Positions 1 to 10,360 of a stretch of 64,000 nt of DNA are shown here, piece after piece. Within the stretch, counting starts at the first letter, position 1. Every line of letters begins with the position of its first letter. The notes under the pieces are model-generated. The model had not been told where the DNA came from and made no database searches. It saw only the letters and a program-made list of their open reading frames with translations. Source of the stretch: a virus (Duplodnaviria > Caudoviricetes); the IMG/VR virus record IMGVR_UViG_2738541308_000001, positions 1 to 64,000 of that record; one strand, written 5' to 3'. Position numbers and translations under genes: made by a program.

Positions 1-1191
1 CTACGACGCCGGGGCCAGCTTCTCCAACAAATCGGAGAGGTCCGGAGCCCGATGGGTTTGCACTGTGTAGTGCTTCTTCGTCACCCGGGTATCGGCGTGA
101 CCGAGCTGGCTGGCAGCCGCCTCGATGTCGGCTTCCTCCTTGATTAACGTCGCGACCGTCTTACGGAACGCCTTCGGAGTCACCCAGTCGAATTCTTCGC
201 CGCGCGCCGCCCTCCACTGCCGGCCGAGATTGTGCGGATCCCGCAAAGTTCCGGTCGAGGACGGAAACACGTACGGCGTCGTCGCGGTCTCTCGAAGCTC
301 GAGGAGCGTCGTCACAGTGAACTGTGGGAGCGATACGGTACGCCGCGCCGAAGACGACTTACCGTGCTCCTGACGGACCAGCTTGCCGGCGTGGTGAACA
401 TTCGTACCGTTAACCGTCAGGGTTGCCGGTACAGAGTCGAGATCGATGTCTTGCCAACGAAGGGCGCACAGCTCACCCAGACGGATCGCAGTACCGACCC
501 AGACGTCGACGATCTTCAACAAGTCTTGCGTTCGACGTCTGCCCCCCTTCGCCTTGTCAGTGTCGCTCCCGGACTGCCAGTCCGCGATGCGTGCCCGGAG
601 ACGCGCGAGTTCGACGAATGTCAGCGCGCGCTTCTCTGTTGCGGCTGAGACGATCGGAGCGGCCTTGTCGACCGGGTTGATCTTGATGGCGTCATGCCGA
701 ACGGCGAGGTCCATGATTCCGGAGAGGACTACTCGAGCCATTCGGGCGTTGCCGGGCGCCGTCGAGGCAACCTTCTTCAGGAAGCGGTCGGCGGTGCCTG
801 TGCTGATTTCTCCGAGACGCAGCCCACCCAGCGCCGGGATCACTACCCGCTTGAGGGAGTCTTCGTACTTCTCGCGGGTCTGTTGAACGACTTTGTCGGT
901 CGCGGTGATTTCGTCTATCCACATTCCGGCGCACACGGTGAACGGCGTGTCCGTGGTGATGTCGCTGCCGGTTGCTTTGGCCCTGTTGCCGAATGCCTCG
1001 GTCAGAGCTCGTCGTGCGGCTGCTTCGCTCTTGAGGCTGATGCGCTCGACATCACGGGTGCGTCCGTCCGCGTCGCGAAATCGGCCGCGTGCCCGCCACT
1101 TTGTCTTCGTCTTTCCATCCGCCGCGGTGTAGCTGAGTTCTTCGACGCGGATCTTCCCCCAGGTTCCGACGGCCAGCTGTGGCCTAACCAC
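1..1191 (-). CDS. int: Tyrosine integrase (phage integrase family)
   Basis: Catalytic motifs RLGELCALRW, K-A-F-R-K and LGH...T..HY; stop codon at 1-3. Confidence 0.95.
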   Translation of the reverse strand: MVRPQLAVGTWGKIRVEELSYTAADGKTKTKWRARGRFRDADGRTRDVERISLKSEAAARRALTEAFGNRAKATGSDITTDTPFTVCAGMWIDEITATDKVVQQTREKYEDSLKRVVIPALGGLRLGEISTGTADRFLKKVASTAPGNARMARVVLSGIMDLAVRHDAIKINPVDKAAPIVSAATEKRALTFVELARLRARIADWQSGSDTDKAKGGRRRTQDLLKIVDVWVGTAIRLGELCALRWQDIDLDSVPATLTVNGTNVHHAGKLVRQEHGKSSSARRTVSLPQFTVTTLLELRETATTPYVFPSSTGTLRDPHNLGRQWRAARGEEFDWVTPKAFRKTVATLIKEEADIEAAASQLGHADTRVTKKHYTVQTHRAPDLSDLLEKLAPAS

Positions 1192-1558
1192 CGCTCTGTC
1201 GTTCGAGCTTGTGGCGGACGATGGCGCGGATCACCCGGTCGACGGTCTCTCGTTCGGTCGGGTCCAGCAGCATTGCCTCTGCCGGTGGCTCGTAGGGTGT
1301 CGGTTCGTCCCAACTGAGGTTGAGCCAGGAGGCGACCACCTGCGGTCGCTTCTTGAGTGCGGTGGCGATTTGGGTGATCGTTTCCATGTCAGGTAATCGG
1401 GTTCGGCCTTTGATCAGATTCGAGATCGTCGTCGCGTGCACGCCGGCCTTTTCGGCCAACCTGTTCAGCGATGCGCGTCCCGTCTGAGGGGATACTGCGC
1501 CGACATTCTCCATTGCACTTGCCCACGGTTCCGGTACGTCCATAGCTGCCATGTCCAC
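1184..1558 (-). CDS. XRE-family HTH immunity repressor
   Basis: SLNRLAEKAGVHATTISNLIKG HTH; divergent from cro, overlaps the integrase start. Confidence 0.85.
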   Translation of the reverse strand: MDMAAMDVPEPWASAMENVGAVSPQTGRASLNRLAEKAGVHATTISNLIKGRTRLPDMETITQIATALKKRPQVVASWLNLSWDEPTPYEPPAEAMLLDPTERETVDRVIRAIVRHKLERQSGG

Positions 1559-1732
1559 AATGATTCACTACTGGGTATTGGGTGCGCTAGTAGGGGTGTG
1601 GACACCGTGACCACAAATTACATGCCTGTAATTCCCTGAACAGCAGGTAAGCGGCATTTTGAAAAGCTGTCTTGTGGACAAGTGTGGACTAGATGTCTAG
1701 ACTGATGTTAGATAGTAGATGGCTGTCCACAA
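1552..1732. promoter_or_regulatory. Immunity control region (divergent promoters/operators)
   Basis: AT-richer intergenic region with repeated TGTGGAC/GTCCACA half-sites and TGTCTA-N9-TAGATA at 1694-1714. Confidence 0.7.
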
Positions 1733-2090
1733 GAAAACTACATTGGAACCGAGAGGGGAAACAGTGCACGCACTAGACGGAAGGTTGGATGTGAAACTCG
1801 AAAGTCGAGAGACGCTTATCCGGCTGATGAATCACTACAAATTCACCACCCGCAGTTTCGCTGAGGCTGTCAATACCGAACTGGCCCGGACTCATCGCGC
1901 GCTGCGCGGGGCGGGGGAGCCGATCACTACCTCCAAGACCGCAATCGGTTACCTCAGGTCGGGAGAGCGGCGCACGATCCGCATGGAGGTTGCGCAGGCA
2001 ATCGAAGTCGTTTTGCGTCAGGACCCGGGTGTACTTTTTGTACCCAAGGTGTCGCGTGTAGAGCGCGATACCAGACAGCTGGTCGCGTGA
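1719..2090 (+). CDS. Cro-like HTH regulator
   Basis: Divergent from the repressor; SKTAIGYLRSGER...AQAIEVVL HTH pattern. Confidence 0.75.
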   Translation: MAVHKKTTLEPRGETVHALDGRLDVKLESRETLIRLMNHYKFTTRSFAEAVNTELARTHRALRGAGEPITTSKTAIGYLRSGERRTIRMEVAQAIEVVLRQDPGVLFVPKVSRVERDTRQLVA

Positions 2091-2102
2091 ACAAAGAAAA
2101 AT

Positions 2103-2130
2103 GCCCACCCCCACTGGCATGAGGGTGGGC
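2103..2130. terminator. Hairpin after cro
   Basis: gcccaccc...gggtgggc stem with an A-tract on its left. Confidence 0.45.
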
Positions 2131-2212
2131 GACATCGAAACCCGCTCGACACCCACGAAGAGGAGCTTTCAGATGCACAACAAGTCTAACCCGCAGTCCG
2201 TACAGCGAGGCG

Positions 2213-3031
2213 GTGGCCGAGATGAGTAGGGAGATTCGGCGCGTACCCGTCGACTTCGACTGGCCGCTCAAGAAGACGTGGGACGGATACCTCCTTCCCG
2301 AGAAGTTTCACGAGAAGACCTGCATGCAGTGCTTCGGACGAGGCGAAACCCCTGCGGCACAGTGGATCGGCCGCATTGCGCTCATGCTCGACCAGTTGAT
2401 TGACGATCTGGATCAGCAGACGAAACAGCGCCCCATGCATCCGTGGTTGGTGCAGGATACGTACCCACCCACCTACACCGAATATGACGGCAGGGAAGTC
2501 ACCCGCTGCGAAGTGGTGCGCCCCACTGCCGAAATCCTCGAGTTCGCTCAAGCACTCGTCAAAGATGACGAGTACGAGCGCAGTCGGACGATTCGGCGAG
2601 GGCCGATGGCATCGAATCGCGACGCTATCGCACGTGGACTGCTGCGGACCGCCGGGCTTCCCGAGAAGTGGGCTTACTGCCCAAACTGCCATGGTCACGG
2701 AACCCTCGAGGTTTACAAGGGTCAGAGGGCAGAAGGTGAAGCCTGGGAGCAGACCGACCCGCCCTCCGGTGACGGGTGGCAACTGTGGGAGACGGTGTCC
2801 GAAGGTTCACCGATTTCTCCTGTGTTTGACCGACGTGAGGGCATGGTCGGTTACCTGATGTCAGATGCCAACCGGTGGGGAATCTCCCGCCCGCTCAGCA
2901 GAACCGAAGCAGAAGCCTTCGTCGATGCCGGATCCTCCTTCGGCTCCATGGTGGTGGTCGGTGCGCAGATGATCCCGGGGGATGCGGCTGTGCTCGCTCT
3001 ATCGAATGACTCAGAGGGGGAACCTGCATGA
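2213..3031 (+). CDS. Phage protein with DnaJ-like CxxCxGxG zinc-finger motifs
   Basis: CMQCFGRG and CPNCHGHG; WQLWETVSEGSPISPVF. Confidence 0.75.
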   Translation: MAEMSREIRRVPVDFDWPLKKTWDGYLLPEKFHEKTCMQCFGRGETPAAQWIGRIALMLDQLIDDLDQQTKQRPMHPWLVQDTYPPTYTEYDGREVTRCEVVRPTAEILEFAQALVKDDEYERSRTIRRGPMASNRDAIARGLLRTAGLPEKWAYCPNCHGHGTLEVYKGQRAEGEAWEQTDPPSGDGWQLWETVSEGSPISPVFDRREGMVGYLMSDANRWGISRPLSRTEAEAFVDAGSSFGSMVVVGAQMIPGDAAVLALSNDSEGEPA

Positions 3032-3237
3032 CCGTCAAAGCGATCTTGGTACGAGATGTCATCTGCGACAACTGCGGTGAGACTCTCCGGTCAACCGAGC
3101 CAGGACCAGCGAAAGCCCGCCACCAGGCGCAAGAGGCTGGCTGGCTTAGCACCCCGCGAAGGGGAACCATGCACGACTCGCATTACAAGCCAGCGAGGGA
3201 CCTGTGCTCGATCTGCAAACTGATCGAGGCAGCATGA
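3028..3237 (+). CDS. Small zinc-ribbon protein
   Basis: CDNC...CSIC; ATGA overlaps with neighbours. Confidence 0.7.
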   Translation: MTVKAILVRDVICDNCGETLRSTEPGPAKARHQAQEAGWLSTPRRGTMHDSHYKPARDLCSICKLIEAA

Positions 3238-4163
3238 GCACGCTGACAGCGAGGTTGTTCGATCACGACATTCAGCCCGGCAGTGAAGAGTGGCTCCGCT
3301 ACGGGTCTGCATCGAAAGTCGCTGCGATCCTTGGGCTGTCGAATTGGGAGTCGGAGTACTCGCTCTGGTTCAAGATGGCTGGCATCCTCGAGCCGGAACC
3401 GCAGACGGACGAGCAGGCGCGGGGGCACTACCTCGAGCCTGCGATCTCACACTGGTTCACCGACCAGCATCCCGAGTTTCAGGTGTTCAAGACACGCCCG
3501 TGGCAGCACACGGAACGAACGTGGCAGACGGCGGACCCCGACCGGATGCTGTGCCCGGCCGGACCGAAGCTGTATGTACCGACCGCTGCCCTCGAGTGCA
3601 AAACAGCCGCGGACCTCGATACCTGGGGGCCGGACTTCTCGGACGAGTATCCACCCGGGTATCGAGCTCAGGCGATGTGGCAGATGGACACCATCGGTAT
3701 TCGTCGGATCTACCTTGCGGTGTTGTTGCCGTACTTGCAGTTTCGTCAGTACGTCATCGACTACGACGAGGCCGAAGCTGCATCGCATCGGCAGAGGTTT
3801 CGAGAGTTTCTCGACACGCTGCCAGGTGGTCCGAACGAGAAGCGTCCCGAGATCGACGGACACGACGAAACATACAAGGCGGTGCGCCGGATGCATCCCG
3901 ACATCGGCACCGAAGTGTACGAGTTCCCCGATGACGATCCGCTCGCCGACGAATACAAAGCGGCCAACGCCGCGCACAAGGAATCCGAAGCGGAGAAGCG
4001 TCGACTGTCTGCATTGGTGACCGAACGGGCGCGGGGCTACCGGCAGGTCAAGCACAGGGGCCAGGTCATCGCGACTCGAGTGCCCGGCCGGGGTGCGGGA
4101 GCCCCGCCGACGCTGCGAGCAACACCAGTACCGAAAACACACAAGAAGGAGATGGCGGCGTGA
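3234..4163 (+). CDS. YqaJ/RecE-like exonuclease
   Basis: GSEEW...SASKVAAILGLS, DPDR, LECKT, QAMWQM motifs. Confidence 0.9.
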   Translation: MSTLTARLFDHDIQPGSEEWLRYGSASKVAAILGLSNWESEYSLWFKMAGILEPEPQTDEQARGHYLEPAISHWFTDQHPEFQVFKTRPWQHTERTWQTADPDRMLCPAGPKLYVPTAALECKTAADLDTWGPDFSDEYPPGYRAQAMWQMDTIGIRRIYLAVLLPYLQFRQYVIDYDEAEAASHRQRFREFLDTLPGGPNEKRPEIDGHDETYKAVRRMHPDIGTEVYEFPDDDPLADEYKAANAAHKESEAEKRRLSALVTERARGYRQVKHRGQVIATRVPGRGAGAPPTLRATPVPKTHKKEMAA

Positions 4164-5104
4164 CCGTATCGAATGAACTGCAGCAGAACAACTCACAGGC
4201 GCCCGAATCGCAGGAGAAGGGGCCGCACACCCTCATCGTCGAGTACATTCCGGAGTTCGAGAAGGTGCTGCCTCCGCACCTCAAGTCGGAGACGTTCGCG
4301 CGGCTTGCACAGGGTGCGTTGAAGAAGAGTCCTCCTCTCGCCAACGTCGCGAAGAAGAATCCTGCGTCCTTGATGCGGGCTCTGCTGGATTGCGCCCGTC
4401 TCGGGCACTACCCCGGAACGGACCGATTCTGGTTGGTCCCCAATGGCGGCAGGGAGCCGTCGGTCGAGGGGTGGGAATCGTACAAAGGTGTCGTGAACCG
4501 CATGATGCGATCTGGTCAGGTGGTCACAGTGAAGGGTCAGGTGGTGTGCGAGAAGGACTACTTCGAGTTCGATCCGAACACGATGGACGTCCCGGATCAT
4601 CGCATCAACTGGAGGGAAGGCCGGGGTGATCCGCAGCTCTCGTACTGCTATGCAGTTTTGCCGGGTGGAGGGTTCTCCCAGGTAGGTGTCGCGACCCTGG
4701 ACTACATCGAGAAGGTCGAGGCGATGCAGCCGAACAGTCACAAGCCGACGAGCCCGTGGCGGAAGTGGCGTGAGGCGATGTTCCTCAAGTGTGCGGTCAA
4801 CAAGCTCGAGCCGTTCGTCGATACGTCGACTGAGGAGCGACGGACCGCAGCGACAGGTGGGCAGCCGGTGAGCACGGTGTCAGAGCGCATCTATGACCAG
4901 CCCGAAATAGAGGAGCAGGAACCGGATCCCGCTTTGGAACGCGCGGAGCAGGCGGCAGCGGCGGATCTGGCAATCCGCCACGACGAACCTGTCGACGCGG
5001 AGACGGTGGACGTGACCGCCCTCGGTGACGGAGAACGGGTGGATGAGACCGCGATCGACCGGTCAGACGAAGTGCAGGCACTATTCGCGGAAGAAGGTCA
5101 GTGA
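4160..5104 (+). CDS. recT: RecT-like ssDNA annealing protein
   Basis: Follows the exonuclease; SLMRALLDCARLG, SYKG, SPW..W.EAM..K motifs. Confidence 0.88.
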   Translation: MTVSNELQQNNSQAPESQEKGPHTLIVEYIPEFEKVLPPHLKSETFARLAQGALKKSPPLANVAKKNPASLMRALLDCARLGHYPGTDRFWLVPNGGREPSVEGWESYKGVVNRMMRSGQVVTVKGQVVCEKDYFEFDPNTMDVPDHRINWREGRGDPQLSYCYAVLPGGGFSQVGVATLDYIEKVEAMQPNSHKPTSPWRKWREAMFLKCAVNKLEPFVDTSTEERRTAATGGQPVSTVSERIYDQPEIEEQEPDPALERAEQAAAADLAIRHDEPVDAETVDVTALGDGERVDETAIDRSDEVQALFAEEGQ

Positions 5105-5331
5105 TGTTCGGACGACGCAAGCGTGGGCCGTCAGCGCCGCCAGCCCCGGTGAATGTGCGATTGGTGCGTGACGGGAGGGAGATCCCCGCTGAATTGGTGT
5201 TCTCGGGGTTCCGGGACGGTCTCGCGGTGTGGACTGCTGTGTCGGTGCCGTACTTGCCGGGAGACGTACTGCGATGCGACGAATTGCCAGGTCGCACCGT
5301 GATTGCCATCGGTTCTCCGGGGATGTCGTGA
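5101..5331 (+). CDS. Hypothetical protein
   Basis: Operonic overlap with both neighbours. Confidence 0.55.
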   Translation: MMFGRRKRGPSAPPAPVNVRLVRDGREIPAELVFSGFRDGLAVWTAVSVPYLPGDVLRCDELPGRTVIAIGSPGMS

Positions 5332-5555
5332 TGGCAAACGCGGACGCGGCTCAGGAACCGCTGATGACCCTCCTGCAGGTGTGTGAGGTCTTCCAGATCA
5401 CGCCGGCCGCGGTGCACAAGGCCCGCAATCGTGGTGGACACCCATTGTTCAGTAAGGGTTTCTGCCCGTTGGGTACACGTGCGGGACTGCGCTGGCGCGC
5501 GGAGGATGTCCGCGATTTCATCGAAACTCAATACACGAGTGCGGTTTCGGCATGA
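5331..5555 (+). CDS. AlpA/excisionase-like HTH protein
   Basis: LMTLLQVCEVFQIT...LRWRAEDVRDFI. Confidence 0.75.
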   Translation: MANADAAQEPLMTLLQVCEVFQITPAAVHKARNRGGHPLFSKGFCPLGTRAGLRWRAEDVRDFIETQYTSAVSA

Positions 5556-6322
5556 CACAGATGTCTAATGCAGCGGTAGATAGTAGATGGAATGACGCGG
5601 CCGACAAGTGGTGGGAACGCCCGATCTGCGCCTTCGATACCGAAACCACCGGACCTAATCCGCAGTGGGCGCGACTGGTCACAGCGTGTGTCTCGCTGAT
5701 TGACATCGACGGTACGAATGCGACCGTCAAGACCACGAACTGGCTTGCAGATCCGGGTGGGGAGATTCCCGAGGGTGCGACGGCGGTCCACGGAATCACC
5801 ACGGAGTACGCCGCCGAGCACGGTCGCCCGCACGACGAAGTGGTCGGTGAAGTAGCCGACGCGCTGACCCGAGCATGGGCTAACGGATACATCGTCGTCG
5901 CCTTCAACGCCAGCTATGACCTCACTCTGATCAAGAAACTCTCGCGCGACCCGTTCGACATCGCTGGTCTCGTTGTCGACCCGTACGTGATCGACCGCAA
6001 GTTCGACCAGTACCGCAGTGGGAAAAGGAAACTCGCCGACATGTGTGCCCACTACAAGGTGGCTCAAGAGGACGCGCATCAAGCGGAAGGTGACGCACTC
6101 GCCGCCGCGCGACTCGCATACAAGCTGCTCCGAATGCCAGCAGTACCGGATCGACGAGGGGACTTGATCGACTGGCCGAAACTACGTTCTCTCACCGCCG
6201 AGCAGTTGATGTCCCGCCAGGCCGAATGGCACCGCGAGCGGCAGGAATCGTTCGCGGAGTACCTGCGGAAGACCGGAAAACCGGTCGACGACATCAACTT
6301 CGACTGGCCCATTCAAAGCTGA
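5552..6322 (+). CDS. DnaQ-like DEDDh 3'-5' exonuclease
   Basis: FDTETTG, AFNASYD, AHQAEGDA. Confidence 0.92.
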   Translation: MTQMSNAAVDSRWNDAADKWWERPICAFDTETTGPNPQWARLVTACVSLIDIDGTNATVKTTNWLADPGGEIPEGATAVHGITTEYAAEHGRPHDEVVGEVADALTRAWANGYIVVAFNASYDLTLIKKLSRDPFDIAGLVVDPYVIDRKFDQYRSGKRKLADMCAHYKVAQEDAHQAEGDALAAARLAYKLLRMPAVPDRRGDLIDWPKLRSLTAEQLMSRQAEWHRERQESFAEYLRKTGKPVDDINFDWPIQS

Positions 6323-6337
6323 AACAAGGAACACCTG

Positions 6338-6601
6338 ATGACGACACCCACTCAAGAACGAAACCTCATCGACTCGACGACAGCACAACACGTACTGTGG
6401 GCGTTCGGATGCTCGGGCGGAACCCATGGCGGCAGCTTCATCGAAGCTCTGATCAGGGCAATCCAGCGTGCCGACCCACACAACGCTGACCGGCTCGCAA
6501 TCGTCTATCCCGGATACGTTTCCGCGATCCGGATAGTGCAAGGGTCGGAAACCGGCGTCTCCACGCTGCAGTCCATCGCGGCGACAGCGGTGCGGCGATG
6601 A
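6338..6601 (+). CDS. Hypothetical phage protein
   Basis: GGSFIEALIRAIQRADPHN motif; operonic position. Confidence 0.65.
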   Translation: MTTPTQERNLIDSTTAQHVLWAFGCSGGTHGGSFIEALIRAIQRADPHNADRLAIVYPGYVSAIRIVQGSETGVSTLQSIAATAVRR

Positions 6602-7110
6602 CCGACGCAACCCAGGACCCCACACGGATCGACATCGACGTCGACCCGACCACACAACGCCTCAGTGGAATCGCGGCACACGGGATGATGGACTTCGATG
6701 TTCCGTACGTGTCCCAACTCGAGGGCAACCTGTGGCAGGGCGGCTGCGAAAACGGGCTGATCCTGCCGACATTCTTCAAACATGTTGTCTCCCTATATCC
6801 GTGGGAGGCATACACCGTCACGCACACCCTCGACAGTTTCGTCAAAGTACGCATGTACGACCACGAGAGCCAAGGATTCGATCAGGTCGACGCCCTCGCC
6901 GCATGGGTGAACGTCTGCCGTCGATCCGGACCGATCCTGGTTCATTGCCAAGCCGGCCTGAACCGCTCCTCCCTCATCGCGGGCCGCGCCCTCATCCTCG
7001 ACGGAATGACACCCGCTGATGCGATCGCACTGATTCGAGACAAGAGATCCCCAGCCTGCCTGTGCAACCCGGCCTTCGAACAATGGCTCCTCCACGGAAC
7101 GGATGAATGA
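6598..7110 (+). CDS. Dual-specificity/tyrosine phosphatase
   Basis: HCQAGLNRS (CX5R) active-site loop. Confidence 0.9.
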   Translation: MTDATQDPTRIDIDVDPTTQRLSGIAAHGMMDFDVPYVSQLEGNLWQGGCENGLILPTFFKHVVSLYPWEAYTVTHTLDSFVKVRMYDHESQGFDQVDALAAWVNVCRRSGPILVHCQAGLNRSSLIAGRALILDGMTPADAIALIRDKRSPACLCNPAFEQWLLHGTDE

Positions 7111-7239
7111 GATGGCAGGCGGTATGGCTGAGTACTGCGCGCACAAGGACGCCGAACGCCCCGACGGATCAGTGGACTTCTCGCAGGTCCCGATCCGGTT
7201 CGGCGGCACGCACAACACAGGCCACCCGGAGGATCAGGA

Positions 7240-7653
7240 ATGAGCATGGACATCGACTTCGTTGAGGTCAAACGGGACTGGTGCGAGAAGAAAGCCGCGA
7301 CCTACGTAGCGGGTGGTGTCAGCCTGCACTTGGCGCATAGCTCGGCGCTGCGGGAATGGGAAATGTCGGACCTGAACCGGGTGTGTCTGGCGATGATGTC
7401 CCTCGAAGAGGCGCACGCCGCGCAGTCCCGGCAGATCCGCGTCGTGGAGAAGTTCGTCAACGAACGCCCTGGTTTCGTTACCGCCCTGCAGGGGTGCAGC
7501 GGTGATGACACGTCGGACTACTACCGGTGGACCGGGCACGCCGAGAGTCGCCGCCAACTGGCAGAGGATCTGCACTGGACCACCCCGCACCACCCAGGCG
7601 ACCGCACCGAACCCAAGCCCGTTTCGGAAGTGGAGGCAACGCGTGACGTATGA
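7240..7653 (+). CDS. Hypothetical protein
   Basis: RBS and phage-like codon usage. Confidence 0.6.
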   Translation: MSMDIDFVEVKRDWCEKKAATYVAGGVSLHLAHSSALREWEMSDLNRVCLAMMSLEEAHAAQSRQIRVVEKFVNERPGFVTALQGCSGDDTSDYYRWTGHAESRRQLAEDLHWTTPHHPGDRTEPKPVSEVEATRDV

Positions 7654-9187
7654 GCCCCCGATCGCATCGCGGGACATCCCAGACAGTCTCGCATTCTTAG
7701 ACACCGTCATTGCGCTGATCGACGCCACCGATCGGGATGCCTGGTGGGAGGGGCCGACCTTTCGAAGTCTCTGCCAGACAAAGCATTGCGTCCTCTCTCA
7801 TGTCGCTGAGCAGTTGGGGATGGCGGCGATGGATCGTTTCCAGAACGAGTGGTCCACGTCGTATGTGATCGGGGCGCAGATCAACGACAAACCCAGTGAG
7901 CAATATCCGCAGGCGCATCCGAAGGATCAGGTGGCCGCGTACCTCCAGAATCTTCGCAACGGAACCGAAAAGGACGTTCAGGTGTCGACTTACGAGACAT
8001 TCATGCACCACGAACAGCAGGACGCTTTCGCGGCTGCGATCCACACCGCGGTCTGCGAAGCCTCCCCAGAGGAGTGCGCCGAGGAGAACGGCGCGTGCCA
8101 GAAAGGCGCGAGGGCGGTGCAGAACATGCTGACGGCCTCTCAGCCGCTCGACGAAAAGCGCGGCACCATCATCAACGGACTCATTGACTGCCAGGTGAGC
8201 TACACGCTCACTGCCGAGGAGTTCGCCGACCTTCACAACATGATCTGGGAAGGGCGTGGCGATTACAGCTCACGAGATCGCCTCCGCAAGAAGTTCCCGA
8301 TCGACATGCCCGGTGCAGATGCGCTCGTCGTACCTCACGCAACCGAACCCGCCGAGGAGGAGACGAAAGCGGAGGCAGAAACTGAGTGGGCCATCGAGTT
8401 TCCCGGAGGGATCTGCAACATCTCATTCGATCCGGCTGACCCCGAAGAGATGTTGCAGTGGATTCGCGACGGCAAGCTGGTTCGCCGTGAAGTGACGACA
8501 GGCCCGTGGATCGACGCAGTTCCCGCCCCTGCCGAACCCGCCGAGAAGGAGACGAAAGCGGACGGGCCGGGGAAGTTCCGAAAGAAGCCCGTCGAGGTCG
8601 AAGCGATGCAGTACGACGGCGAGGATTGGCGGTCTATCGCGCAGTGGATGGCGGTGCATGGTGCGCCGATGGGGCGTACGGCTTCCGGACTTCTGCGCAT
8701 TCACACCCTCGAAGGGGAGATGGCCGCCCATCCGGGTGATTGGATTATCAAGGGCACGCAAGGCGAGTTCTACCCATGCAAGCCTGCGTCATTCGCGGAC
8801 ACATTCGAACCCGCCTCCTCCCCGGTAGTCCCCGCCCCCACCGAAGCGTCCGTTATCGGGGGTGCCGCAGGCGCTCTCCGTGCCGCGCTCGCTGTGGTCG
8901 ACCCTCACGAGGCTGGGCCCTGGGAACACGCTTGGCTCTCGGTAAGGGACCTCGAGGACTGCGCCGGTCGCGCCGAGGCGCTTGCCACCACCGATACTGA
9001 GTGGCCGTCATTGGATGCCGTGCCCGCGCACGTGCGCACCGTTCGGGACAAGGTAGGGGACGAATACCGGCGAGTCGAGAACGGTGGCTGGGATTTCCGC
9101 TCGAGTGAGTGGCAGACGATCATCTCACCGACCGCCGACTACGACGAGTTCGCACCGTTCGTTGCCGTCGAGGAGCAGGACCGATGA
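7643..9187 (+). CDS. Multidomain mosaic phage protein (includes a KKPVEVEA...GEFYPCKP domain)
   Basis: GTG start inferred at 7643; internal linkers ATEPAEEETKAE and SSPVVPAPTE. Confidence 0.75.
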   Translation: MTYEPPIASRDIPDSLAFLDTVIALIDATDRDAWWEGPTFRSLCQTKHCVLSHVAEQLGMAAMDRFQNEWSTSYVIGAQINDKPSEQYPQAHPKDQVAAYLQNLRNGTEKDVQVSTYETFMHHEQQDAFAAAIHTAVCEASPEECAEENGACQKGARAVQNMLTASQPLDEKRGTIINGLIDCQVSYTLTAEEFADLHNMIWEGRGDYSSRDRLRKKFPIDMPGADALVVPHATEPAEEETKAEAETEWAIEFPGGICNISFDPADPEEMLQWIRDGKLVRREVTTGPWIDAVPAPAEPAEKETKADGPGKFRKKPVEVEAMQYDGEDWRSIAQWMAVHGAPMGRTASGLLRIHTLEGEMAAHPGDWIIKGTQGEFYPCKPASFADTFEPASSPVVPAPTEASVIGGAAGALRAALAVVDPHEAGPWEHAWLSVRDLEDCAGRAEALATTDTEWPSLDAVPAHVRTVRDKVGDEYRRVENGGWDFRSSEWQTIISPTADYDEFAPFVAVEEQDR

Positions 9188-9372
9188 ACCGTGAAGACGC
9201 CATCGAAGCGCTCACCAGCAAAGGCAAGACCCGAGAACAGGCAGAAGCGTTCATCGACCTGATGGGAAGCGCATTCAAACGGTGTGGATGGATACCCGGA
9301 GAACCACTCGACGACAACGCCATTGCTGAACGGTGGGAAACATTCTTTGGACCCGAGGAGCAGAAGTTATGA
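9184..9372 (+). CDS. Hypothetical protein
   Basis: ATGA overlaps on both sides. Confidence 0.55.
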   Translation: MNREDAIEALTSKGKTREQAEAFIDLMGSAFKRCGWIPGEPLDDNAIAERWETFFGPEEQKL

Positions 9373-9803
9373 GCTCACGACTGTTCCATGGCGGGATCCC
9401 GGACCTTCGGGTCGGTGACCTGATCGAGCCGGGCCATAGTCGTCGGGAGCATGACGGCTGCCCGTGGTGCGAAGCCCGCGCCCGAGGTGAAGCGCACCTT
9501 GGGATGGACGGACCGTCCCAACAGTCAGGGCGGGTCTACGCCACAGAGCATCGGCTGTACGCCAAATACCACGCCTCACTGTGGGGGAGGGGCGATCTGT
9601 ACCGAGTTGAACCAGTCGGCAATGTCCAGCCCTCCGACGAGGATTCCATCCCGTCGGTCCACACGCCGGCGCTGAAAGTCGTAGCCGTCGTCGACCGCGC
9701 AATTCTCCTTACGAATAGCGAACGCAGACGGCTCTACCGCGAGTGGGGGATCGCCGACAACGCGAAGGCCCAATCGTCTCGATCAACACGAGGACTGAAA
9801 TGA
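9369..9803 (+). CDS. Arr-like ADP-ribosyltransferase domain protein
   Basis: LFHGG..DLRVGDLIEPG...VYAT...LYRVEPVG resembles the Arr family. Confidence 0.65.
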   Translation: MSSRLFHGGIPDLRVGDLIEPGHSRREHDGCPWCEARARGEAHLGMDGPSQQSGRVYATEHRLYAKYHASLWGRGDLYRVEPVGNVQPSDEDSIPSVHTPALKVVAVVDRAILLTNSERRRLYREWGIADNAKAQSSRSTRGLK

Positions 9804-10360
9804 GCGCACCGACTGAGGTTTACCGCACGATCGCCCCGGAACTACTTGCGGCGTGGGACAAAGCGGCGGAAGAAAAGAGACGGTGGTACGACGCTGTCGC
9901 TGAGTTTTGTGAACAACACTCCGGTGATCGCAGGTGTTGGCACAGCAACTTCCTCGGCAGAGAACACTTCGACGGCCCCCTCGTACCAGCAGACGATGTC
10001 GTGCCTGTTGGCTGGCGCCGCGACCGTAAGCGGCCAGGAATGATGCGGCCCAACCGGCGAACTCCCGAAGGCAAGGAGATCGCCAAAACTATGGCTGAAC
10101 TGTCGTGGGCTCCGTCGTTCGATACCGCTCTGCAAGGAATGCCGAGCACAGTCGACGGGGAACACGATCCTCAGCGAGGCTCGCACAGGGTTCACAGTTG
10201 CGGAGCCTCCCGCAGCAGCGCGTACCTCGAAGTCCAGTGGGGTGTGAAAGTCCCGGCCGATCAGATCGACAGCAGGTGGACGAAAGTTCCGCTCTCGCAG
10301 TGGCATTTGGAGAAAGAACAGGCCGAAGAAGCAAATCTACGAAATGCCGGGACGTCATGA
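9800..10360 (+). CDS. Hypothetical phage protein
   Basis: Operonic overlap. Confidence 0.6.
   Translation: MSAPTEVYRTIAPELLAAWDKAAEEKRRWYDAVAEFCEQHSGDRRCWHSNFLGREHFDGPLVPADDVVPVGWRRDRKRPGMMRPNRRTPEGKEIAKTMAELSWAPSFDTALQGMPSTVDGEHDPQRGSHRVHSCGASRSSAYLEVQWGVKVPADQIDSRWTKVPLSQWHLEKEQAEEANLRNAGTS

Noticed and set aside
1-200. attL site
   Set aside because: The window begins at the integrase stop codon; any att core lies outside and cannot be paired with attR.
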